Shown here piece after piece: positions 17,394 to 26,449 of a stretch of 64,000 nucleotides of DNA (within the stretch, counting starts at the first letter, position 1; each line of letters opens with the position of its first letter). The DNA comes from an uncultured Candidatus Saccharibacteria bacterium (GTDB lineage Bacteria > Patescibacteriota > Minisyncoccia > Phycocordibacterales > UBA9973), in assembly GCA_964450735.1 (NCBI GenBank), contig CAYVDC010000002.1:703-64702 (forward strand), read 5' to 3'. Both the position numbers and the translations under genes were made by a program. The notes under the pieces are model-generated. The model saw only the letters and a list, made by a program, of their open reading frames with translations, had not been told where the DNA came from and did no database searches.

Positions 17394-18266
17394 ATGAAAG
17401 AATTCCGGCCATCCCCAAAACTGCTCATACCGCTGATTATTATCGGCATACTGGCGATCGTGGCATTAAGCACACAAAAGCCAGAGAACGCGCCAGCTAA
17501 AAAAATAGACGTGGCAATTCTTCCGACTGTGCCTTTCGAAAATTTCACCCCGCCAACTCCGCCAGAACCACCTAAACCAGTTCCTAAGGTCTTCGAATAC
17601 ATTGAGGTCACTGAGAGCTGCAACTCTGGATACGGAGGCGATGCGTGCGTCAATATCCGCTCAGGAGCAGGCACATCATTCCCTGCAGTCATGAAAGTCC
17701 GAAATGGCATGGTCCTTCATGTAAACGGCACGATTGAAGCAGATGGCCATACGTGGTACAGGATTGTCTTTGATGACTGGCTCCGGTATCCAGAGCGTGT
17801 ATCAGGCAATTGGTACATTGCCGGAGACTATGTTCGCCACTTCACTACCGACGGACCATCTGAAATTCCTCAGAACACGAAGACAGATACGACAAAGCGA
17901 ATTCTTGTCGACCGAAGCGAGCAGATGCTCTATGCGTACGAGGGAGACTCGCTCTTCATGCAGCAAAAAATCTCTACCGGCCTCGATGGCACTCCAACTC
18001 CCCGCGGAACATTCTACGTATATCGAAAGACTCCAAGTCGATACATGCAAGGCCCGCTGCCAGGAATTAGCGATCAGTATTACGATCTCCCTGGAGTTCC
18101 ATGGAACATGTACTTCACTGAAGGCGGCGCTGTAATTCATGGCGCATATTGGCACAATAACTTCGGACAACCATGGTCACACGGATGCGTTAACCTTCCT
18201 CCAGAGAAAGCACGAGAATTATATGATTGGGGCGTACTGGGAATGCAAGTAACCATACAAGATTAA
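17394..18266 (+). CDS. L,D-transpeptidase (YkuD domain) with an SH3b-like N-terminal domain
   Basis: The catalytic motif HGCVNL sits in a YkuD context (AVIHGAYWHNNFGQPWSHGCVNL). There is an N-terminal TM anchor and an SH3b-like region (WYRIVFDDW...GNWYIAGDYV). Confidence 0.85.
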   Translation: MKEFRPSPKLLIPLIIIGILAIVALSTQKPENAPAKKIDVAILPTVPFENFTPPTPPEPPKPVPKVFEYIEVTESCNSGYGGDACVNIRSGAGTSFPAVMKVRNGMVLHVNGTIEADGHTWYRIVFDDWLRYPERVSGNWYIAGDYVRHFTTDGPSEIPQNTKTDTTKRILVDRSEQMLYAYEGDSLFMQQKISTGLDGTPTPRGTFYVYRKTPSRYMQGPLPGISDQYYDLPGVPWNMYFTEGGAVIHGAYWHNNFGQPWSHGCVNLPPEKARELYDWGVLGMQVTIQD

Positions 18267-18271
18267 AGACT

Positions 18272-18304
18272 AAATCCCCTTATATAACATAAGGGGATTT
18301 TTGT
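18272..18304 (+). terminator. Rho-independent terminator
   Basis: aaatcccctta-tataaca-taaggggattttt. Confidence 0.7.
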
Positions 18305-18368
18305 TATTGGATTATAATTATCAACATAGTACCTTGCATAACATAGTACCATATGCAATACTATTAGT

Positions 18369-18701
18369 ATGAAAGATAAACAATCCGAATCCGCACTGGT
18401 GTCGATGCGAAAAGGCATGATCGAATTTTGTACCATGCTCATTATCGATAAAGGTAAAGTATATACATCAGATATTCTCAAACAGCTCAAGTCAGCAAAC
18501 CTGCTCGTCGTTGAAGGAACTCTCTATCCCCTCCTCTCGCGTTTGAAGTCAGAATCACTTGTTGATTACGCATGGGAAGAATCAAAGTCAGGGCCTCCAA
18601 GAAAATATTACACCCTTACTCAAGCCGGAAAAGAAATGCTCTCGCAGTCGAAAGAGGCATGGAAAGAACTTACCAATTCAATTACTATCCTTTTGAAATA
18701 A
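18369..18701 (+). CDS. PadR-family transcriptional regulator
   Basis: EGTLYPLLSRLKSESLVDYAWEESKSGPPRKYYTLTQAG matches the PadR winged-helix signature. Confidence 0.85.
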   Translation: MKDKQSESALVSMRKGMIEFCTMLIIDKGKVYTSDILKQLKSANLLVVEGTLYPLLSRLKSESLVDYAWEESKSGPPRKYYTLTQAGKEMLSQSKEAWKELTNSITILLK

Positions 18702-18702
18702 C

Positions 18703-20370
18703 ATGAAAAAAACATTCAGCATCAGTATTAACAACACGCCCTTCACCATCGAAGAAGACGCGTACCATAAACTCGAAGCATATCTCAATACCATCAAGGC
18801 ACATTTTGCCGGAACCGAAGACAGTGAAGAAATCATCAAGGACATCGAGGCAAGAATTGCCGAGAAGCTTTCTGAGCTTCCGCACGCAATTACCACGCAA
18901 AAAGATGTGGAATCGATCATTGAGGATATGGGAACGATCAATCAGTTCGATGATGAAGCAAAAACAGCGTCTTCACTTGGAACAAAAACAAAAAAGCGTC
19001 TCTATCGCGACACGGATTCTGCTGTTATCGCGGGAGTGGCCTCAGGACTTGGTCATTATTTTGGCATCGATCCAATTCTTATCAGATTGATATTCATTAT
19101 CATAGTGCTAGCAGGAGGATCTGGAATTATTATCTATCTCATCCTTTGGTTTATTATTCCTGAAGCAGAAACTACTGCACAAAAACTTGAAATGCGGGGA
19201 GACCCGGTAACGCTTTCGAATATGAGCGAGATCATCAAAGAAAAATTCGAGAGCATAGACTCAGATAAAATTAAAGCGGGTGCAGAAAAGGTAGCTAGAA
19301 TGCCCCACGGAATCCTTCGTAGTTTTGCTGCATTCATTCAACGGTTTGTCTTCCCTTCAATACGTATTCTTTTTGGCAGCATATTTATGATCGGCGGAAT
19401 CGTAGTTTCCCTTGGCATTACTGTCGGTTTCGGTATTCTCCTCTTTGCTGTTCCGAGCTCGTATCTTTCAACTGAGATGGCTACCATCATTCATAATCCT
19501 CTTGCATATGCCGTTATCGCTGGATTGTACTTCGCCTTTCTCGTACCTGCTATAGTAGTCTTTTTCTGGGGGCTTGGCTCGATCGGAAAAAAATCCTATG
19601 TCAGCAAAGGTGCATACTGGTCACTCTTTCTCATATGGGTAGTAGCAGTAATTATATCTATCGTTGGAGGAACACGCTTTGTCATGAAGACACAAGAGGC
19701 TCGAGCAAACGATCCAGCTTTTCAAACAACCTCGAGGACACTTTCATATGATTCATTCGAATCGCTCTATGCAGCAGACTCGATTGCTGTAACATATGTA
19801 CAAGGAAGCACGTATTCTCTCACTGTCACTGGAACTGAGTATGATCTTGACCATCTTGCTATTACCAATACTGAGAATTCTCTCGCTATTGATCGAACCC
19901 GCGACCACTCAATCTGCTTCTTCATTTGCAGCAACGGTCGCATCACAGCAACAGTAACTGCTCCAGCACTTGAAGCAATCACTCTTCGAGACGCTTCTAC
20001 GATCGAGGGGGCGATGACTACTAGAATTCCCCTTACCCTCACTGTTCGCGATGCAAGCCGCGCAACAATGGATATCGATGGAACTTCACTGATCTTGATT
20101 GCGCGGGACGCATCAAAAATCGTCCTTTCTGGCAGAGCTGACTCGGAAGATGTAACCTTGTCTGACGCCTCACGATACGATGGACAGGCAATGAAAACAG
20201 CGACGGCAACTATTTCTGCACGAGATGCTTCTCGTGCAGAAATAGCAGTATCAAAAAAACTTATCGTACACGCCCGTGATGCTAGCTCGGTACGGTACAG
20301 CGGAAATCCTGAAGTGCAAAAAGAAACCAGCGATGCTTCGTCGGTACGCAGAATCGAAACAACGGAATAG
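18703..20370 (+). CDS. PspC-domain membrane protein fused to a DUF4097-like beta-repeat domain (LiaF/YvlB-like envelope-stress module)
   Basis: The PspC core is RLYRDTDSAVIAGVASGLGHYFGIDPILIRLIFII. The C-terminal 200 aa carry RDAS repeats about every 18 aa. The gene lies 2 nt after the PadR gene. Confidence 0.7.
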   Translation: MKKTFSISINNTPFTIEEDAYHKLEAYLNTIKAHFAGTEDSEEIIKDIEARIAEKLSELPHAITTQKDVESIIEDMGTINQFDDEAKTASSLGTKTKKRLYRDTDSAVIAGVASGLGHYFGIDPILIRLIFIIIVLAGGSGIIIYLILWFIIPEAETTAQKLEMRGDPVTLSNMSEIIKEKFESIDSDKIKAGAEKVARMPHGILRSFAAFIQRFVFPSIRILFGSIFMIGGIVVSLGITVGFGILLFAVPSSYLSTEMATIIHNPLAYAVIAGLYFAFLVPAIVVFFWGLGSIGKKSYVSKGAYWSLFLIWVVAVIISIVGGTRFVMKTQEARANDPAFQTTSRTLSYDSFESLYAADSIAVTYVQGSTYSLTVTGTEYDLDHLAITNTENSLAIDRTRDHSICFFICSNGRITATVTAPALEAITLRDASTIEGAMTTRIPLTLTVRDASRATMDIDGTSLILIARDASKIVLSGRADSEDVTLSDASRYDGQAMKTATATISARDASRAEIAVSKKLIVHARDASSVRYSGNPEVQKETSDASSVRRIETTE

Positions 20371-20374
20371 CAAT

Positions 20375-20411
20375 ACAAAAACGCTTCTCAATATCTGAGA
20401 AGCGTTTTTGT
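20375..20411. terminator. Rho-independent terminator
   Basis: acaaaaacgcttctca-atat-ctgagaagcgtttttgt. Confidence 0.7.
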
Positions 20412-20416
20412 ATACT

Positions 20417-21106
20417 TTATTCTACCAACCGGGCTGTCACTACCAACCGTTCATCATAGGTATGCTCGGATCTAATAAGCGTTCCCGTGCAAGTTATGAG
20501 TTTGATGTACTTTCCATCATTTTGGCTGAAAATCTCTTCAGTCGGCGCCTCTTTGTAGTTATATGTATGGATGGAAATAACAGAAAACGTATAACTTGTT
20601 CCGTCATTAAGTGTAACCGTAATCTTCGCTTCAGGCTGTATTTCTTTCAGTCGCTTGAAAACCCCCGGCAATGCAAGGCCATTATCTACATGCCCTGCAA
20701 GCACAGCGCTTCCAGTTTCCCCAGGCAGAGTGCCAAATTTGTACCAGCCGACGCTTGCATAGTTTCCAGGTGTTGCCATAGCTCCTGCCTTGGTAACCCC
20801 TACAGAGACTACCGGTGCATTAATTCCAAGCGACGCGATGATGATACGGTTTGGAGCAATACTATCGTCTTCTTCTTTTACTGTTGTTTCTGTATCTGTA
20901 CCCCAAACTCCTACTGTAGTTGGAAGTGCTGCTAGTCCCACGGCATCATGATTATCATCATTTTGATCAATCAGCCGCGAATGTTCTGTATCGCTTCGGA
21001 AAAATACATCAGTTCCAACAGTACTGACCACCACTATTGCGATAAATACAACGGCGGCAAGCGCAGTGATCAAAGCAATGATAATTTGTCTGTTGGTTCT
21101 AATCAT
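20417..21106 (-). CDS. Sortase (cysteine transpeptidase)
   Basis: N-terminal TM anchor, the AVLAGHVD His motif, the catalytic LITCTG (TLxTC) motif and a downstream Arg. I set the start at MIRTNRQ. Confidence 0.8.
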   Translation of the reverse strand: MIRTNRQIIIALITALAAVVFIAIVVVSTVGTDVFFRSDTEHSRLIDQNDDNHDAVGLAALPTTVGVWGTDTETTVKEEDDSIAPNRIIIASLGINAPVVSVGVTKAGAMATPGNYASVGWYKFGTLPGETGSAVLAGHVDNGLALPGVFKRLKEIQPEAKITVTLNDGTSYTFSVISIHTYNYKEAPTEEIFSQNDGKYIKLITCTGTLIRSEHTYDERLVVTARLVE

Positions 21107-21160
21107 AATGTGTTTGGTATGCAAAAACGGGTGCTTGCACACCCGTTTTATGCGATACGA

Positions 21161-21823
21161 TTATGCTCGTGCGTTTCGAGTAAGAGCGAATCCACCAGCG
21201 AGGACAATTGCTCCGGCAAGAGCCAAGAGGGCCATTGTTGCAGGGGCAGTTGCACCTGCACCGGTATTTGGCAATGTTGGAACTGTTGGAGTTGTTACAA
21301 CAGAGCCCAAAGCCAAGCTACATGCGAATCCAGTTGTTGTGCTGAAACCAGTAGTTGATGTACAACCAGGGTAAAGCGTGTATGCTCCCCAAGGAGTAGT
21401 GCTGCTTACAGTGCTACATGCAATACCGCTTGTGCTGCTGTAACCGAAGTTTGATGAACAACCATATGGATATGAAACAATACCAGCTGAACTAAGTCCG
21501 GTTGCACCATTACATGGCGCGCCTGTTATTGTGCTAAATCCATTTGTACTTGTACATCCGTATGGAAATGCAAGTCCTCCGTTTGAGGCCAATGTTGATC
21601 CGTTACAAGGCATACCTGTCTGTGAGTTGAATCCTGCAGTTGATGAACAACCGAGTGGGATGCTTGTTGAACCATTACAAGATGCTCCAGTTGTTGTGCT
21701 GTATCCTGCGCTTGATGAACATCCCGCAGGATAAACAGATTGTGCATTTGCTTGCTGCGCTCCAATAAATCCGATACCTGCAACGAGAGCAATTGCGACG
21801 ATGAATGTATAAAGTTTTTTCAT
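21161..21823 (-). CDS. LPNTG-anchored cell-surface protein with five ~22-aa Cys-pair repeats (sortase substrate)
   Basis: Signal peptide, then five repeats of YPxGC(S/T)SxxG(F/Y)SxxTGxxCNG. The C-terminal sorting signal is LPNTGAG, followed by a hydrophobic segment and RNARA. The gene is immediately upstream of the sortase gene on the same strand. Confidence 0.7.
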   Translation of the reverse strand: MKKLYTFIVAIALVAGIGFIGAQQANAQSVYPAGCSSSAGYSTTTGASCNGSTSIPLGCSSTAGFNSQTGMPCNGSTLASNGGLAFPYGCTSTNGFSTITGAPCNGATGLSSAGIVSYPYGCSSNFGYSSTSGIACSTVSSTTPWGAYTLYPGCTSTTGFSTTTGFACSLALGSVVTTPTVPTLPNTGAGATAPATMALLALAGAIVLAGGFALTRNARA

Positions 21824-21927
21824 AGTGAGAATAATAAACTAATTTAATAAAATCTTAATAATTCGGCCTGTATTCAATATAGACCTATCTGACATAAATG
21901 CAATGGGAGTTTTCCCCAAATAGCGCA

Positions 21928-21960
21928 ATCCCCTTATTTTGCAATGTAAAATAAGGGGAT
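21928..21960. terminator. Hairpin terminator
   Basis: atccccttatttt-gcaatgt-aaaataaggggat. Confidence 0.5.
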
Positions 21961-22055
21961 AACTTTATTTTTGATATTTAATTATTACTTAATTCAATAT
22001 AAAAAAGGGGCACCCTGTAAAGGCACCCCAAACCAAAATTAAAACGTTATATATC

Positions 22056-22607
22056 TTATCTCGGATCACGAGAGATCCATGTACCGTTACTATCCAGCCT
22101 GCCGCCATATCTTGTTCTATGGTATGTGCGTACCGTCCCACCAGGGTGGTTGCTTTTCCATATCATGATGCTACCGGCAATGATCGAAGCGGCGCTCAAA
22201 GAGTAGCCAGAAATAATATAGTATCTCGCATAATAATTGCGGGGACTGCATCCACATGGATTGCCGAATTCATAATTGAAATGGTAAGCACCGGTGCTTA
22301 TTCCCCCTAAAATGCCGAATACTACTAACGTAATCCCCCATGATTTAAGTGGGTCACTCCGATAGACCTGGTGGCTTACGGCCACGATAGGTCTACTTTG
22401 AACTCTCCGCAGAATACTTCCGCCCGTATACCTTCGGCTATTTCCATAGCGGTAATTGTATGGTTGCTGAAAGTGGCGCGGTTGTACATAGTAACCATTT
22501 TGAGGCCTTCCGTAGTTTTGATATCCACGACCAGGAAACTGATACTGGGCAAAAAGCCCTACTGAAAAAAAGATGGCAAGTACTGCCGTAAAAATAAGCT
22601 GTTTCAT
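22056..22607 (-). CDS. Hypothetical secreted/membrane protein, Tyr/Arg/Gly-rich
   Basis: 183 aa with a signal peptide, a low-complexity YxxxRxY region and one internal TM helix. Confidence 0.4.
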   Translation of the reverse strand: MKQLIFTAVLAIFFSVGLFAQYQFPGRGYQNYGRPQNGYYVQPRHFQQPYNYRYGNSRRYTGGSILRRVQSRPIVAVSHQVYRSDPLKSWGITLVVFGILGGISTGAYHFNYEFGNPCGCSPRNYYARYYIISGYSLSAASIIAGSIMIWKSNHPGGTVRTYHRTRYGGRLDSNGTWISRDPR

Positions 22608-22701
22608 ACGAACTAGTTTTATGATGATGTAATCGAATTTCGAATTGTTTTCACTTTACAAGAAAATTGCAATATGTCAACTTATACACTTTGGTGAGAG
22701 A

Positions 22702-23187
22702 TTAGATCTTCTTCCCCTTATTTACTACCTTCAGAACTTTGGCATTGAGTTTTTCACTTAGACCCTGAATAAATTCTCTCATAACCACTGCATGAGACAT
22801 TATAAAAAATCGTGATAATACTGGCGCGGTAGCATTCATCCAAGGTTTTGTTGTAACAATATCCCAATAGAATACTACTGTTGTTAGTTTTGGAGCTTTT
22901 TCTAACGTAAAGAGGCCTGCTCCTTGCAAGTCGCCTTTTGAATCGAACCGAATTTCTTTATCAACTTTTACATCCGTTACTTGCATTGAGAACGTTAGGT
23001 AATATCCGAAGTGTCCAACTTTTATGGTCACAACTTGATCCTTACCTTCGCCTCTAGTTGTGACTTTTTGAACTGCTTTCCACCAGATGCCCCATTCTTT
23101 GAAATCTAGGAGCGTATCCCATACAAGATTGGGTGCTGCGGCAATTGTGAATGTAGTAACAAATGAATACGGTATAGGATTAGTCAT
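22702..23187 (-). CDS. SRPBCC (START/polyketide cyclase-like) family protein
   Basis: 161 aa of roughly the SRPBCC size, with a WxxLxDFxxWxxW start. Confidence 0.45.
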   Translation of the reverse strand: MTNPIPYSFVTTFTIAAAPNLVWDTLLDFKEWGIWWKAVQKVTTRGEGKDQVVTIKVGHFGYYLTFSMQVTDVKVDKEIRFDSKGDLQGAGLFTLEKAPKLTTVVFYWDIVTTKPWMNATAPVLSRFFIMSHAVVMREFIQGLSEKLNAKVLKVVNKGKKI

Positions 23188-23190
23188 TGC

Positions 23191-24477
23191 TTAACTCTTA
23201 CGAAAAATATTTCTAAGGTATCCCCCAATAAACTCTCCGAGGTAGTCTCGTGTTTTTACCCACAAACCAACTGGTCGCATGGTTACGCGCAATGGATCAT
23301 ACAGATAGGAATATTTAGTCGCCTGGCCAATAATCTCCCCTGTCAAAATTTCTCCTGCGAGATGCGAGTACGTCATGCCGTTTCCAGAATATGCAGTGGC
23401 AACAAGGCGATTTGGGTGATTCTCATCATATCTGCCAATAAATGGCAGACCGTCAATGGATTCAAGGATTGGCCCGCTCCATTGAGTGACAATTTTATAC
23501 ATAAGCGTTGGAAAATATTTTTCCAAGTATGCCCGAAGCGCTGTATAATTTTTTTCTGGATCGATAGGAACTTCTTCACGATGGTCTTCCCCGCCAATAA
23601 TCATACGGTCTTCGTTTTCTCCTTTATCAATACGGAAATAATGGTACGGATTCATATCATCAAGATATATTCCCTCTTTGAGTGAATCTTTTGGAATTGC
23701 CAATTCGTAGATATAGGTAATATACATTCCTTTCTTAGCAAAAAGCTTCCACGGATTTTTGAATGGATAGTATGTTGCCATCACTACGAATCGTGCAGTT
23801 ACTTTCCCGTGCTCAGTTATGACAGTGGCTAGATTATCGCCTTCTATTTCCAGAGCTTCTGTATGTTCATAAAATGTCACACCGAGAGCCTCAGCTTTTT
23901 TTCGCAAAGCTATCAGATACTTGAGTGGATGAAATTTTCCTTGATTGAGATACTCCACGACGCCTTTGTGGCAAAATGGCAATTTGCTGTCTTTGATAGT
24001 TTCAACTTTGAACCCCAAATCTTTGGCGCGATCTTGCTGTTCTTTCAAATGATCGCAGCCGCTTTTGCTGGTGGCATACCAAAACTCTGGAACTCGTACG
24101 AATTCACAGTCGATGGTTTCTTTTTTTACATTTTGCTCAATGAGGTTGATGGCATGCTCGCCTGACCGCCAGATATCAATGGCTTTCTGTTCGCCGAACA
24201 TTGATATCAAATCAGAAAGTTCGGTATCAATATCCGCGCCGAGCATGGCAGTTGTGTAGGCAGTAGCACTGCTGTCAGCAAGCGTGCCTTTTTCAAGTAC
24301 AACGACTTTCTTGCCTGCTTGAGCGAGATTGTAGGCTGTAACAATTCCCGTCATGCCCCCGCCAATGATCACTACTTCAGTACCCACTGCGCCCTTGAGA
24401 GGTGGATATACGGGTGCTTGTATTCCCTTATTCCATGTTGATGACATGGAATCAAGTATACAATATATTTTAATCAA
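23191..24477 (-). CDS. FAD-dependent oxidoreductase (DAO/glycine oxidase-like)
   Basis: N-terminal Rossmann GxGxxG motif (VVIIGGGMTGIVTAYNLAQAGKKVVVLEKG) in a DAO-family-sized protein. Confidence 0.7.
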   Translation of the reverse strand: MIKIYCILDSMSSTWNKGIQAPVYPPLKGAVGTEVVIIGGGMTGIVTAYNLAQAGKKVVVLEKGTLADSSATAYTTAMLGADIDTELSDLISMFGEQKAIDIWRSGEHAINLIEQNVKKETIDCEFVRVPEFWYATSKSGCDHLKEQQDRAKDLGFKVETIKDSKLPFCHKGVVEYLNQGKFHPLKYLIALRKKAEALGVTFYEHTEALEIEGDNLATVITEHGKVTARFVVMATYYPFKNPWKLFAKKGMYITYIYELAIPKDSLKEGIYLDDMNPYHYFRIDKGENEDRMIIGGEDHREEVPIDPEKNYTALRAYLEKYFPTLMYKIVTQWSGPILESIDGLPFIGRYDENHPNRLVATAYSGNGMTYSHLAGEILTGEIIGQATKYSYLYDPLRVTMRPVGLWVKTRDYLGEFIGGYLRNIFRKS

Positions 24478-24501
24478 ATCCTAATGTTTCAAATATAAAC
24501 C

Positions 24502-25215
24502 TTATCTCTGAATGTTTTTATATTGTGTCGCGATCGGCTCAAGTTGTCTTGGATCCATTCCTAGTTTAACGAGTTCATTCATGTATTTATCAATATCAGT
24601 AGCTTGATGGACATAGGCACTGTGCTTTTTTGCCATAGTGGTAAATTTCATGATCAATAAATTGTGAACGGTCCTAAGTAATTGTTCTTTATTGAAACCA
24701 ATTTTTAACAATTGATCCATGTACTTTTTTACATCTTCGATCTGAAAATCATAATTCATATTCTTTTTTGCAAATGTTATGAATTCTTCTTTTTCTCTTG
24801 CCTCATTATATGGTTCTTACTGTGGTTCAGTATACTTATATGATGGTCTTTCGTACGTTGTCTGTTTTTCTTGAGAACCGGTAGTAGTTTGACTGTTAGA
24901 ATATTTTGATTCTGGCTGGCTATAGGATGAACTCATTGCGTTGGCAGGATCTGACAAAAAAGCATACGCCTCCGAAATCAATTTAAACACTTCTTCATAA
25001 TTAGTAACTAAGTTTTTGTTCCCTATTTGAGAAACTCTGTCAGGATGATACTTGATGGTTGCCTTTCTGAAAGCAGATTTGATTTCTTTTTCATCTGCAC
25101 CAGGAGAAATTCCTAATCTTTCATGAAAAGTTTTACCCTTCCAAGAAGCTAAATTCTCAAGTGAGGGTTCGTTGCCCTGTTTATTACCTGGTGTCTAATT
25201 AGGATTAAAAGCCAT
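24502..25215 (-). pseudogene. Disrupted J-domain (DnaJ-like) protein gene
   Basis: Single reading frame: ATG (25215), then MAFNPN, then TAG (25195-25197). The J domain follows with the HPD motif (KEIKSAFRKATIKYHPDRV), then a Ser/Thr/Gln-rich linker, then TAA (24817-24819). The 85-aa C-terminal ORF 24502-24759 continues in the same frame. Confidence 0.5.
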
Positions 25216-25310
25216 ATAGTGATTTATACCATATAAGCATCTTCATGTATATTCAACAGACCATTACAATATATCTAGCAATATATGTGTTTACTTGATA
25301 CATTGTATCT

Positions 25311-25670
25311 ATGCAAAAATCAAACATCCTCTATGGAGTCCTTGGCCTCGTCCTTGGCGCTCTCATAACCATCGGGGTCACTATTGTTATCAACAACAAA
25401 AGCCACAGCATGGAGGCTATGATGGCTGACATGACGAAGAGCCTCGAAGGCAAGACTGGCGACGATTTTGACAAAGCTTTCATTCAAGAAATGATCGTTC
25501 ACCACCAAGGCGCGATCTCAATGGCTGGCATGGCGCTTGTCCAGGCCAAGCATCCGGAAATCAAAATCCTCGCTGACCAGATCATTACTGCTCAAACAGA
25601 TGAAATGACCAAAATGGAAAGCTGGATGAGCGAATGGTACGACATGGGTACGATGAGTATGCATCATTAA
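25311..25670 (+). CDS. DUF305-domain protein (membrane-anchored)
   Basis: N-terminal TM helix and the motif FDKAFIQEMIVHHQGAISMA typical of DUF305. Confidence 0.6.
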   Translation: MQKSNILYGVLGLVLGALITIGVTIVINNKSHSMEAMMADMTKSLEGKTGDDFDKAFIQEMIVHHQGAISMAGMALVQAKHPEIKILADQIITAQTDEMTKMESWMSEWYDMGTMSMHH

Positions 25671-25682
25671 AAAAATTAAAAA

Positions 25683-25703
25683 GCACCCAACCGGGTGTTT
25701 TTT
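25683..25703 (+). terminator. Short GC hairpin with T-run
   Basis: gcaccc-aacc-gggtgtttttt. Confidence 0.45.
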
Positions 25704-26340
25704 AAGTTTCTTTGAACACCTCGAGGATCTGGCTCAGGTATTCACTCTTGAAGATAAAGATGATTTCGCTCCAAGTTGAAATTGTTTCCGCAAGTGGGAT
25801 CTTTCTCTCTGCGATGCGGTGAAGCAATGAAAAGGTAATATTCGGCTTTGGATGATATTTCTCATCTATGGAAAGTCCAATAGCGCTTAGATCTTTCAAA
25901 AACAAAACGGGCTTGGCTTTCATGTGCTTTAAGACACTTTCAGCTTTTGATTCACTGCAGATAACTATCACGGCACGTGTATTCTGAGAAAAACTAAACC
26001 ACTCATCGCTTTTGGGTTTGATAGTTTTTTCAAGCACCGAAAGCCGGGAAACGGTTTCAGAGGTTTTTTCAAATACGAGTTCTGCGAGTGGCGTCTTTAC
26101 CGTTAGACCATCAACTTTTACTTCCTGGGCAAGCGGCTTTACTCCTTCCATTTTATATTGGAGGCGAGAAAGGGCCATGATAATAGTTGAGAGCTTCACG
26201 TCCTTTTTAGTGACTTTCTCAACAGACTTATGGATTTTGCGTGCGTAGCTTGAGAGATTGAGAATACCGCGCGACAGACACTGAGCTGCCTCATGATCTC
26301 GTTGAATGATTTCCTCTACTTTCTGTCCTATTTTTATCAT
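25702..26340 (-). CDS. Hypothetical protein (possible winged-helix N-terminus plus ACT-like C-terminal half)
   Basis: About 212 aa starting MIKIGQKVEEIIQR. I recognise no strong motif, and the domain guess is weak. Confidence 0.3.
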   Translation of the reverse strand: MIKIGQKVEEIIQRDHEAAQCLSRGILNLSSYARKIHKSVEKVTKKDVKLSTIIMALSRLQYKMEGVKPLAQEVKVDGLTVKTPLAELVFEKTSETVSRLSVLEKTIKPKSDEWFSFSQNTRAVIVICSESKAESVLKHMKAKPVLFLKDLSAIGLSIDEKYHPKPNITFSLLHRIAERKIPLAETISTWSEIIFIFKSEYLSQILEVFKET

Positions 26341-26449
26341 TGTTATAAATATAACAAATTGTTGTAATTCACACAAATTATCGATTTACTATGGTATTAC
26401 AAATGTATTGAATATGCTGAAGAAAATTCACTCATTAAAAACGTAAAAC

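Noticed and set aside
19767-20378. Minus-strand 203-aa ORF inside the PspC/DUF4097 gene
   Set aside because: It is the antisense reading of the RDAS-repeat region, which is Ala/Ser/Arg-rich. The plus-strand gene has the PspC motif and follows PadR with a 2-nt gap.
21526-21792. Short ORFs on both strands inside the LPNTG repeat-protein gene
   Set aside because: They are frames of the repetitive Ser/Thr/Gly-rich coding sequence. The minus-strand 220-aa gene has the signal peptide and the LPNTG sorting signal.
24502-25215. Stop-codon reassignment (for example UGA or UAG recoding as in some CPR lineages) to explain the interrupted J-domain gene
   Set aside because: Long genes in the window (polA at 810 aa, the 793-aa and 726-aa ORFs) are intact under the standard code. 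TAA and TAG also terminate well-defined genes, for example the LysE-like gene and the 44-aa ORF. A pseudogene or a sequencing error is more parsimonious.
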